This document shows, piece after piece, positions 1-7,766 of a stretch of 22,206 nt of DNA. Position 1 is the stretch's first letter, and each line of letters starts with the position of its first letter. A program made the position numbers and the translations under genes. Below the pieces are notes generated by a model. That model was not told the origin of the DNA, made no database searches, and saw only the letters and a list, made by a program, of their open reading frames with translations. The stretch is from an uncultured Deferribacteres bacterium (GTDB lineage: Bacteria; Zhuqueibacterota; Zhuqueibacteria; Zhuqueibacterales; Geothermadaptataceae). The stretch covers positions 1 through 22,206 of the forward strand of contig CAXHAT010000136.1 of the NCBI GenBank assembly GCA_964014485.1. The letters run 5' to 3'.

Positions 1-29
1 GTTTGAGCGGCCCTGACGAAAGGCGAAAC

Positions 30-149
30 GGAGTGCAAAGCTCGCTTTGCCTTTCATTCGGCTCAAATGGCTGAACATAATTTTTTCCGTGTATTTGGTA
101 AAGTTTAAGGAAAGCCTGCAACTGGGTTGCAAGGCAAGCCTTGCACTCC
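30..149. repeat. Inverted REP doublet (REPIN-like), GGAGT + hairpin family, copy 1
   Basis: 30-50 ggagtgcaaagctcgctttgc and the reverse complement of 129-149 (ggagtgcaaggcttgccttgc) match at 18/21. Each arm is itself a hairpin (gcaaagc-tc-gctttgc; gcaaggc-aa-gccttgc). The same arms recur at 3107-3130 and 3465-3483. Confidence 0.75.
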
Positions 150-152
150 TAT

Positions 153-200
153 CCAATCTCCCACTCACCACATCACCCTCTCTCCGACTCACCCAATCTC
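153..200. repeat. Degenerate 8-bp tandem repeat (6 units) overlapping the STAND gene stop codon
   Basis: ccaatctc ccactcac cacatcac cctctctc cgactcac ccaatctc, with the first and last units identical. Confidence 0.6.
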
Positions 201-3011
201 CGCACGAAGTGCGGCCACTTCCCCGTCCCGACGATGATACCCCGTCTCCTGCACCAACGCCGCCGCCTGCTCCAAATGCGCCGCCGCCTGACGAATCTTC
301 TCCTCCGTCTGCCGTCCTCCACCCTCCGCCAGACAGAGTCTGCACGCTTCCAAATGAAAATCCGTTAAATGCAAACGCATCTCCCCGCGCTCGGCGATTT
401 CCTGCGCTTCGTTGAGGTCTTCCCATGCCTTGGTAAAATGCGCTTGCACGCGATACAACGCCGCCCGGACGAAAAGACCGTGCGGCAAGTGATCTTGCGT
501 TCCAGCTTTCCGCAGGCCCGCCACCGCCTGGTTGAGATGGTTTTCGGGCTGGGCGAGGGAGTCTTTTTGCTCGGGGAAGTCTTGCGCTGGCAGCAATTGC
601 GCTCGACCCAAAGAAAGCCTATTCAGCGCCCTGTCAAGCAGTGATTGCCAATCTTGAGCTTCCCATTTCACCATCTGCTTCGCCCGCTCCAACACCTCCC
701 GCGCCCGTCCCCGGCTCAGTAGCAGATCGCAGAACCGGAAGCCTTGCAGGGAATAGAGATAGCGATAATCCGGTTGTCTTTCCTGCTGCATGGCTTCGGC
801 TTCGCGGAACAGCTTTTCGGCTTCGTCGAGCGCGCCGGACTGGTGTAGGGCATCGGCCAGCCAACTAGCACGACTCGCTTCCCGAATAAACCCATCCCCG
901 CTGCGGTCGGCGAAGTCCACGCTTTGGCGGGCGTAATCCGTCGCTTGCCGCACCTCGCCCAGGGTCAGGAACAGCTCGCTGAGATTGCCGGCGTTAATTG
1001 CGGCGTTCTCCCAATTCTCTTGCTTGATCGTATTTTCCAACCCCGCCTGCATGGGCGCGGCCGCCTCGCGCAAACGTCCCAGCGCCCGTAAGCCAAAACC
1101 GGCCCAGCTCAGGACAACGGCTTTGGCAGCATCGACCATTCCCGCCGCCGGTCGCCGCCAGGGCGGATCGAAAAAATTGGACAGCGCCGCCAGATCAGCG
1201 CCAAAGGCGCCGAGTTTATGATTGACAAAAGCTTCATCCTTTCGAAGAATTCGTTCCCAATACACATCATCCAGCACTTCCTGATGCTTCCCCGCCAAAC
1301 AGCCGTGCGTCACCGCTGCAAACAACGGCTCCATCTCTTCGAGCGCGTCCGGCAGCTCTTTTTCCGGCAGGTTTCTGTAGTAGTCGTACAAACGGCTGTG
1401 CGCTTCCGTCCAGGCATCGGGGAATTGCTGCTGTAAGCGCTCGCCAAAATGCTCGCGCACCAACGGGTGGCAGTCGAGCGTGTCAGGCTTTTCATCTTCC
1501 TTTGCCAGCAAACGCAGGTCACGCAGGCTTTGCACGGCGAATTGCCAGTCGGCGTGCTCCAGGTTTTGCAGTTTGTCGGTCAGGCCGGGAATGGCCGGTT
1601 CTTGTCGCAGTGCGTCCATCGCGCCCTTCGCCGCCGGGCGGTCGAACAAGCCCATCAGGTAGAGAATGTTCAGTTCCGACGTGTCTTTGAGCCATTTTTC
1701 ATAAGATTCCATCACCCGCCTTGCATGACCACCCTGCTTTCTGTCCTTGCTCAGCTTGGGAATCAGATCGCGCTGGCGGATTTCGCCTTTGTGTACGGTT
1801 TTCAGGTAGCTGCCCAACAGGTTGAGCGCCAGGGCGTGGCCGTCAAAGTCGCTAGCCGCTTCTTGGCGTTCCTTTTCCGCGCCTTGCACGCCGATTTTTT
1901 CGAGCAGTTGCGCTCCGGCTTCCGGCGTGAGATTTTCCAGATCGAGCCGTTCGCTACCGTGGTTGCCCATCGTCTCCAAATCTTCAATTTGCAAACGGGT
2001 GGAGATCACGCACAGGCCCGGATTGCTGCGCGCCAAGTCCTTGAGCAAGGCTTGCACGCCCTGGTCTTTCAAGCGGCCTTGCATTTCGCCGGGCGGGTAT
2101 TGCAAAGGTTCCAGACCGTCGAGAATGAGCAGGCCTCGTTTTTCGCGCACCAGTTCCGCCAGTTTCTTGCCTTTGTCCCAGGGCGAGAGAATAGGATCGC
2201 CTTTGTAACCGAACCAGTCGAGTGCGTCGTTAAAGAATTCGTCCGCCGAGACCTGGCGTTCTTCTTTGGTTCCCTGGCTGTAGAACGACCAGCCGTAGAC
2301 CCGTTCCGCGCCGCGGTAGTTGTCGCGCTTCATGTCGTTGAGCCAACTGTTCACCAAAGCGCTCTTGCCCACGCCGCCCCAAGCTACAAGCGAGAAAACG
2401 TTGCTCTGCTCGTGCGCCCAGGCTGAGTCGAGCAGGGCAAGCTCGTTCTCGCGGCCAAAGATTTCGTGGTCGGTGATCGGGAGTTTGGCGAGGGTGAGTT
2501 TGAACTCAGGTTCAGGCTGAGTGGGCGGCTTTACGTGCTCTTCAATTTTTGAAATGATGTTCTTTTCCGCCTTCGCAACGTCGCTGCGAATATCGGAGAA
2601 ATATGGCAGCAGCGACTTGTTGGCGTTCCGACGCAGCTCGCGCTCCAATTCCTGCAAGAATCGCTCGACCAACTCGGGGTTGGTTTTCTCTTCACCGCCG
2701 GTGATTTTAAATTTATCCGCCCAGCGGCACAAGCTTGCCGTAATTTTCTCGCGAAGCAACGGCTCAGGATCGGTGAAGCGGTAGAGATAGAGCAAAACGC
2801 CGTCGTAAGTGACCAGGCTGGCAAAGAATTTTCTCGCCTGCGCTTGGTCAAGATGCTTTTGTGTGGTGACAAAGCTTTCAACCAGCGTTTTGTAGAACTT
2901 CTCAAACGGCTTGTCGCGCAGTTCGCCTTTTTTGATTTCAAGGTAGTCGGTGAGTTTGTTCAAAAGCGGCTGCTTGATCGCGCCGCCCAAAAGGCTGATA
3001 AAAGTCGCCAT
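189..3011 (-). CDS. STAND-class P-loop NTPase (NB-ARC/NACHT-like) with C-terminal TPR repeats and an uncharacterised ~165-aa helical N-terminal domain (bacterial NLR-like)
   Basis: 940-aa ORF. It shows the pre-P-loop FGRENEL, Walker A WGGVGKS, Walker B LLILDGLE, GxP-like GHALAL and MHD-like CHPLVRE, followed by TPR-like helices (e.g. NAGNLSELFLTLGEVRQA, LADALHQSGALDEAEKLFREA). Confidence 0.9.
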   Translation of the reverse strand: MATFISLLGGAIKQPLLNKLTDYLEIKKGELRDKPFEKFYKTLVESFVTTQKHLDQAQARKFFASLVTYDGVLLYLYRFTDPEPLLREKITASLCRWADKFKITGGEEKTNPELVERFLQELERELRRNANKSLLPYFSDIRSDVAKAEKNIISKIEEHVKPPTQPEPEFKLTLAKLPITDHEIFGRENELALLDSAWAHEQSNVFSLVAWGGVGKSALVNSWLNDMKRDNYRGAERVYGWSFYSQGTKEERQVSADEFFNDALDWFGYKGDPILSPWDKGKKLAELVREKRGLLILDGLEPLQYPPGEMQGRLKDQGVQALLKDLARSNPGLCVISTRLQIEDLETMGNHGSERLDLENLTPEAGAQLLEKIGVQGAEKERQEAASDFDGHALALNLLGSYLKTVHKGEIRQRDLIPKLSKDRKQGGHARRVMESYEKWLKDTSELNILYLMGLFDRPAAKGAMDALRQEPAIPGLTDKLQNLEHADWQFAVQSLRDLRLLAKEDEKPDTLDCHPLVREHFGERLQQQFPDAWTEAHSRLYDYYRNLPEKELPDALEEMEPLFAAVTHGCLAGKHQEVLDDVYWERILRKDEAFVNHKLGAFGADLAALSNFFDPPWRRPAAGMVDAAKAVVLSWAGFGLRALGRLREAAAPMQAGLENTIKQENWENAAINAGNLSELFLTLGEVRQATDYARQSVDFADRSGDGFIREASRASWLADALHQSGALDEAEKLFREAEAMQQERQPDYRYLYSLQGFRFCDLLLSRGRAREVLERAKQMVKWEAQDWQSLLDRALNRLSLGRAQLLPAQDFPEQKDSLAQPENHLNQAVAGLRKAGTQDHLPHGLFVRAALYRVQAHFTKAWEDLNEAQEIAERGEMRLHLTDFHLEACRLCLAEGGGRQTEEKIRQAAAHLEQAAALVQETGYHRRDGEVAALRAEIG

Positions 3012-3106
3012 ATTTTTCCCCGGATCGTCAAATTCAAACGTTCAAAAGACTGCACTTTAAATTTGGCTTCTTTTGAGATCATTTGAAAGCAAAATTTTAG
3101 CGGCGT

Positions 3107-3483
3107 GCAGGAGTGCAAAGCTTGCTTTGCCATTCATCCTGCTCAAGCGGTCAGATTTTTTTTATTCCTTGTCGGCGCTTTTCAGCAGAACGAAAATTTG
3201 AAGAAGTTTGTAACTGATGTTACGCAGCTGGCCAATGATTCGGCATTTGATAAAAAACTTTGCTCTACGCGTCATTCCTCTGGAGACAGGAATCCAGGGG
3301 GCAGTGCACCATTTCCTGGATTCCTGCCTCCGCAGGAATGACCTTGAAAAACGTTTGGGGCCAAACAGCCTTATTTCCAATTGCAACATTCGACTCGGCT
3401 GGAAACCAATCTACAACAGGCATTATTGATGAGCGCGTAACATCAATTTGTAATAGAAAAGTAAGCAAGCCTTGCACTCCTGC
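3107..3483. repeat. Inverted REP doublet copy 2 (GGAGT + hairpin family) enclosing nested inverted repeats
   Basis: 3107-3125 gcaggagtgcaaagcttgc versus the reverse complement of 3465-3483 (gcaggagtgcaaggcttgc), 18/19. An inner inverted repeat at 3212-3225/3435-3448 matches at 13/14. The left arm and following bases resemble 30-66. Confidence 0.7.
3271..3342. repeat. GTCATTCC...GGAATCCA / TGGATTCC...GGAATGAC palindromic REP-like element
   Basis: 3271-3298 gtcattcctctggagacaggaatccagg versus the reverse complement of 3315-3342 (gtcattcctgcggaggcaggaatccagg), 25/28. It resembles a widespread ATTCC-N-GGAAT intergenic repeat type. Confidence 0.8.
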
Positions 3484-3486
3484 CTT

Positions 3487-4062
3487 CTAACGAGCGCGTA
3501 CTTCGAGCAGTTCATAAATCCGGAACTTGTCCGGGAAGCCTTTAATCTCAATCTCAGTGAGGGACTCGGCGACCAAGGCTTGCGGCGCTTTTTGCAATGT
3601 TTGTCCGGAAATTAAAATCTGCCCGCCGACAGTGAGTGATTCGATGCGCGAGGCGACGCGCATTTCCTTGCCTATCACGCCAAACTTTGCCAATCGAGAA
3701 GCGCCGATATTGCCCGCCACAACTTCCCCAGTGTGAACGCCGATTCCCATGGCAATTTCCGGCAGGCCTTGCGCATGGCTTTCCTGATTGATGTGCGGCA
3801 TTTTGCTTTGCATGGCCAAAGCGCACGCCGCCGCGCGTTCGGCATGGTCTTCCTGAGCTTGCGGCGCGCCAAAGATAGCAAGAATCGCGTCGCCAATGAA
3901 TTCAATGAGCGTGCCGTCGAAGCTTGCGATAACGGCGGTCATTTCGTCGAAATAGCGATTGAGAACTTGGATGGTTTTCTGAGGCGAGACGTGTTCAAAA
4001 ATCGAGGTGAAGCCGCGCAGGTCGGTCATAAGAATCGTCACTTCGCGGCGTTCGCCCGACAT
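3487..4062 (-). CDS. Stand-alone class III adenylate/guanylate cyclase catalytic domain (guanylate-cyclase-like specificity residues)
   Basis: Motifs TILMTDLRGFT, IEFIGDAILAIFG, MGIGVHTGEVVAGNIG and ASRIESLTVGGQILIS. The ORF track starts at 4113, but that ATG lies inside an 8-bp tandem repeat, so ATG 4062 (MSGERREVT) is preferred. The start remains uncertain. Confidence 0.88.
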   Translation of the reverse strand: MSGERREVTILMTDLRGFTSIFEHVSPQKTIQVLNRYFDEMTAVIASFDGTLIEFIGDAILAIFGAPQAQEDHAERAAACALAMQSKMPHINQESHAQGLPEIAMGIGVHTGEVVAGNIGASRLAKFGVIGKEMRVASRIESLTVGGQILISGQTLQKAPQALVAESLTEIEIKGFPDKFRIYELLEVRAR

Positions 4063-4096
4063 GATCGCGCTGTTTCGAATTTCCGACGCAGCGTTT

Positions 4097-4136
4097 TGGA
4101 ATTTTGGAGTCATGGAATATTGGAATTGTGGTGTCA
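4097..4136. repeat. 8-bp tandem repeat TGGARTNN (5 units)
   Basis: tggaattt tggagtca tggaatat tggaattg tggtgtca. Confidence 0.7.
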
Positions 4137-4186
4137 GCGGACGATCTGGCGCGTCTGAGATTCCAGGAATCCGACAAACTTCATTC

Positions 4187-7100
4187 TTAATTTTCCGTGA
4201 CCAACGCGGCTTTTACGCCTGGAGCTTTTCCGCCGTCGAGATTGCGGATTCTGGCGCAGGCGCCCCACCCTCCCCCGCCTTGAACGATTTTTAGCAGCAG
4301 AATGTTATCACCTGCTTTCAACGCAATTTCAACAACGTCATCGCCGGGCGTTACGCCGCGCGCAACATTGTTGGCATGGACGAGTTCGTCGTTGAGCCAA
4401 GCTTTAACGCCGTCGTCCGAACCAAGCTCAAGTTTAACTTTTTGCTCGGATTCTGAGATCACATTGGTGCGCAAGTAGGCTACGCGATTATCGCCGCCGA
4501 TAACCCGATCCAGTTCCGCCATCCACGGCGCATTCTGTTGCGTGCTTGCGGGCATAATTTGCCAATCCGCCTCTCCCCCGCTCTCCGGCGCAAAGGCGTG
4601 TTCAAAAAGATCGGTTTCTTCCTGAGCGTAAGGCCCGGCGACGTGCCACGCGGTGATAAAATCTTCAAAACGCTCGATGAATGCAACGATCCGGTCAGCG
4701 TTTGTTTTGCGATCCGTGTTTTTTGTTTCCGCCGTTACGCGCTGCAAGACATTTTTGGTTTCTTCGGGAGCGGAAGCGCTGGTAAATCCCGCAATTTTAA
4801 CGACGGCGATTTCCGCCTCATCACGCAGCGCCGTCGAGTCAAGATAGCCCGCAGCCATGCTCAGAGCGGCAACGTTTTTTTGTTCGGCAAGGCCCGAGAG
4901 TACGGTTTTCTTCTCATTCTCGCTTCCGGCCAAAGTCATGGCTTTTTTATATCCGCCAATCCGCTCATCGGGGGCGTCGTCGCTTTTGCCCAGCAAAATC
5001 ACGAATCCGCGCAGGGCGAGCGTCTGGTGCAATTGGTTGTTTGAATCTTCGGCTATCCGCAGCAAGTCATTTTTCGGACTGTCGTTCGGCCATTGCATCA
5101 GGGCGCGAATCGCCGACGTCTTGAGAGTTTCATCATCTCCGCCCAACGCTTCTCGCAACGCAGGCAGCCCCGCGTCATCGCCGATTCTGCCCAGAACCTG
5201 CAAGAGCGCACCTTTTGCATCTTTCGATCCTGCCTGGTCAAGACCGTCCAAAATAATTTGGGTCTGGGGACCGCCATTTTCATTTTGCGTCGCGACGGCG
5301 GCGACAGTTTTTTCAAGCTCGCCGCGCTCGTTTGGGCTTTGCGCTGAAATCAGCAATTCGACCAGTGCTTGCAAATCGTCGGTCGCGGCAGCATTTTTTA
5401 GCGCTTTCGCCGATTCCAGCCGAACGCGACGATCATCGCTTTTCGCAGTCGTCAAGAGCGTCGGCGCCGCGCCTGGAATGCGGCGTTCGTCAATGGCGCG
5501 GATAAGTTCAACCTGAACGCCTGCTTCGGAACTTTCGACTAAAGACAAAATTGCCGCATCGCCGCTTTCTCCCGCAACTTTGCAAAGCGCATCTCGCGCC
5601 GCCGCTTGACTCGGCCCGCGAACGGCGGCGGCTTTCGCCAACTGCTCAACATCGGAGGCGTCGCCGAGACTTCCAAGCGCCGCAAACGCTGCACTGCGAA
5701 CGCGGTCGGACTCACTTCCCGCGGCGCTGACGACCAAATCTTTCGTCTCTTGGTCACCTGTGCGGCTTGCAACGGCGCCAAGAAGTTGAATTTGCGCGTT
5801 TTCATCAAATCCGGTAAAAGCTGCGATGATTTCAGAGATTGACTGAGATGCGGGTATGTCGCGCACGAGCGTGATGCTTGAAGTTTGCAAGTCCGAATCG
5901 CCGGATTTTAGCGCGGAAATGAGAAGTTGAAAGCCGCGAGCGTCCCCGAGTTTCAGCAGTCCGTTCAACGCGGCAAAACGCACTGCGGAAGATTCGTCTT
6001 TCGTGTAAAGCTTCTGATAAATCCAGCGTGCGTCGGCGGTGTTTTTCGCACTCGCCAAACGTTCCGCCGCTCGAAGCATGGCGTCAGAGGCAAGCTCGCG
6101 CCTCGCGCCTTCTGCTGATTCCCGCGCTTTGTTGAGCGCGCTGACCGACTTGCTGTCGGCAATGTCCCCGAGGCTGGAAATAACGGCGGCGACAATATTT
6201 TCATCGGAATCATTGATCAGTTTTTGTAATGCGCCAACAGCTTTTCGATCACGAATCTGACCAAGCGCGGCTATCAGCCCAACTTTATGCGCACCGGACG
6301 TTTTGCCGAGCGCATTTCTCAGCGCGTCGGCGGCTTTTGGGTGGGAAATGCGCTCCAACGCGAAGCGCGCCATTTCAAAAGTTGAGGAATCGTCCAGCAT
6401 TTTGGCAAGCGCAGGAATCGAAGCTTGCGAGCTGATCAAGCTAATTTGCTCACAAAGGTACTGTTTTCCGGCCAAAGTCCCGCTGGCTTCCAGCGCTTGA
6501 ACGAGGCGCGACTCCACCTTTGCACGCGTTGTTTCACTCAGTGAAGCGAATCGGAGGAAATCCGCAAGCACAACCAAATGTTCGCGACTATCGCCAAAAT
6601 TATAACCGGTGGTTTTCGCCAGCAACTCGTCTAATTCGGAAAAATTCAAAGCGCCGGCAACGTCGAAGGGCAGCGGCGTGACGTCGCTTTCAAGATCGCC
6701 AAGCGCAAATTGAATTCCGTCTAGGTAGTGTTGCAGGATTTTCGGGTTCCAGTAGATCGCATGGTTGTGGCCGAACGAGCTATAAAACACGCGGCCTTTG
6801 CCGAAATTTCGCACCCAGCTAATCGGCAGATCCTTGTCGGTAAAACGCACGCCGTTCGCGCTCAGATTTCCCTCGTCCGTCATGTCAAGGCTGAGAAGTA
6901 CGCGAGCATTTTGCCGCAAGGCGCGCTGCCGAATGCGGTAGATTTCGTCGCTGATGTTGAAGTTTTGTCCGGCGAACGCGCGAGTGACGGGATGGTCAGG
7001 ATCATCGATTTTGATCGCCCAGGTTCCGCCTGCATTCCAGGGATGCCCGTCAAACGTCCCCCCCATTATCGAAGCCGCCTCGGGCCAATTATAAAAGTTG

Positions 7101-7534
7101 TCCGTGGCGGCATGTATGCCAATAACCGCTTTGCCGCCTTTGACGAAGCTCATCAAGCTTTCGCGATGCGCCCAGTCTTCAAAGGCCAACTCCGTTGTGT
7201 TTGCGAACAAGACGCCATCGAATTGACCGAGATTTTCTGGCTTAAACGCCGTCATATCGTCGCTGACGGTAACGGAAAAAGCGCCTGTCGCATCGCCCAT
7301 TTCTTCAAACGCTTTTGCAGCATAGGGAATCGAGCTATGACGAAAGCCCTCGGTGCGCGTAAATACTAAAATCTTGCGCTCTTGCACTGGCTTGGCGGCG
7401 CGGAGCCCTTGCATCGCTTCAGATATTTTTGCAGCGTCTTCACCGGGAATTTGTGCGAGTCCCGAAGTTGCCAGCAGGCCTGCAAATAGTGTTGATAAGA
7501 AAATATTTTTCATTTTAAAGGCGCGGTTGAACAT
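4187..7534 (-). CDS. Secreted multidomain protein: ThuA-like (class I GATase-like fold) domain + HEAT repeats + C-terminal beta-sandwich (SDDG motif, PA14-like)
   Basis: 1115 aa with a signal peptide (MKNIFLSTLFAGLLATSGLAQ) and GGAG RBS 7 nt upstream of ATG 7534. ThuA-type motifs are KILVFTRTEGFRHSSI, IGIHAA, DEIY and GKGRVFYSSFGH. Many HEAT-like units follow (e.g. VRSAAFAALGSLGD, LKTSAIRALMQW), then LELGSDDGVKAWLN...LKAGDNILLLK. Confidence 0.85.
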   Translation of the reverse strand: MFNRAFKMKNIFLSTLFAGLLATSGLAQIPGEDAAKISEAMQGLRAAKPVQERKILVFTRTEGFRHSSIPYAAKAFEEMGDATGAFSVTVSDDMTAFKPENLGQFDGVLFANTTELAFEDWAHRESLMSFVKGGKAVIGIHAATDNFYNWPEAASIMGGTFDGHPWNAGGTWAIKIDDPDHPVTRAFAGQNFNISDEIYRIRQRALRQNARVLLSLDMTDEGNLSANGVRFTDKDLPISWVRNFGKGRVFYSSFGHNHAIYWNPKILQHYLDGIQFALGDLESDVTPLPFDVAGALNFSELDELLAKTTGYNFGDSREHLVVLADFLRFASLSETTRAKVESRLVQALEASGTLAGKQYLCEQISLISSQASIPALAKMLDDSSTFEMARFALERISHPKAADALRNALGKTSGAHKVGLIAALGQIRDRKAVGALQKLINDSDENIVAAVISSLGDIADSKSVSALNKARESAEGARRELASDAMLRAAERLASAKNTADARWIYQKLYTKDESSAVRFAALNGLLKLGDARGFQLLISALKSGDSDLQTSSITLVRDIPASQSISEIIAAFTGFDENAQIQLLGAVASRTGDQETKDLVVSAAGSESDRVRSAAFAALGSLGDASDVEQLAKAAAVRGPSQAAARDALCKVAGESGDAAILSLVESSEAGVQVELIRAIDERRIPGAAPTLLTTAKSDDRRVRLESAKALKNAAATDDLQALVELLISAQSPNERGELEKTVAAVATQNENGGPQTQIILDGLDQAGSKDAKGALLQVLGRIGDDAGLPALREALGGDDETLKTSAIRALMQWPNDSPKNDLLRIAEDSNNQLHQTLALRGFVILLGKSDDAPDERIGGYKKAMTLAGSENEKKTVLSGLAEQKNVAALSMAAGYLDSTALRDEAEIAVVKIAGFTSASAPEETKNVLQRVTAETKNTDRKTNADRIVAFIERFEDFITAWHVAGPYAQEETDLFEHAFAPESGGEADWQIMPASTQQNAPWMAELDRVIGGDNRVAYLRTNVISESEQKVKLELGSDDGVKAWLNDELVHANNVARGVTPGDDVVEIALKAGDNILLLKIVQGGGGWGACARIRNLDGGKAPGVKAALVTEN

Positions 7535-7684
7535 GCTCTTTCTCCGTCATCTTATGCGTTTCCCTAACCGAAGCCATAAGATGGGCAAAGAAATCTCTTT
7601 CTCAAAATAGTTTAGCGTAAAACATCTAATTCACTAAACACAAAATCGCATCCGCCGCGTTCTTTTTGATCGGAAATGATCAAC

Positions 7685-7713
7685 AAAAAAAACGACCTGC
7701 ATTGTGCAGGTCG
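7685..7713 (-). terminator. Rho-independent terminator closing the TBDR-GH144 operon
   Basis: Perfect 9-bp stem cgacctgca(7693-7701)/tgcaggtcg(7705-7713), followed on the minus strand by T8 (A-run 7685-7692), about 55 bp after the stop at 7767. Confidence 0.8.
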
Positions 7714-7766
7714 GGCGAAAAGTAACTTCGGCGTCAGACGCTTCTGCGTTTAATTTGGAAAACGGC

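Noticed and set aside
3105..3490. Several 70-78 aa ORFs in the STAND-cyclase gap
   Set aside because: They are translations of palindromic repeats (e.g. VIPAEAGIQ, LDSCLRRND), a typical repeat artefact.
3487..4062. Pycsar/CBASS assignment for the cyclase
   Set aside because: No adjacent cyclic-nucleotide-binding TIR or transmembrane effector is visible, and the motifs fit ordinary purine class III cyclases.
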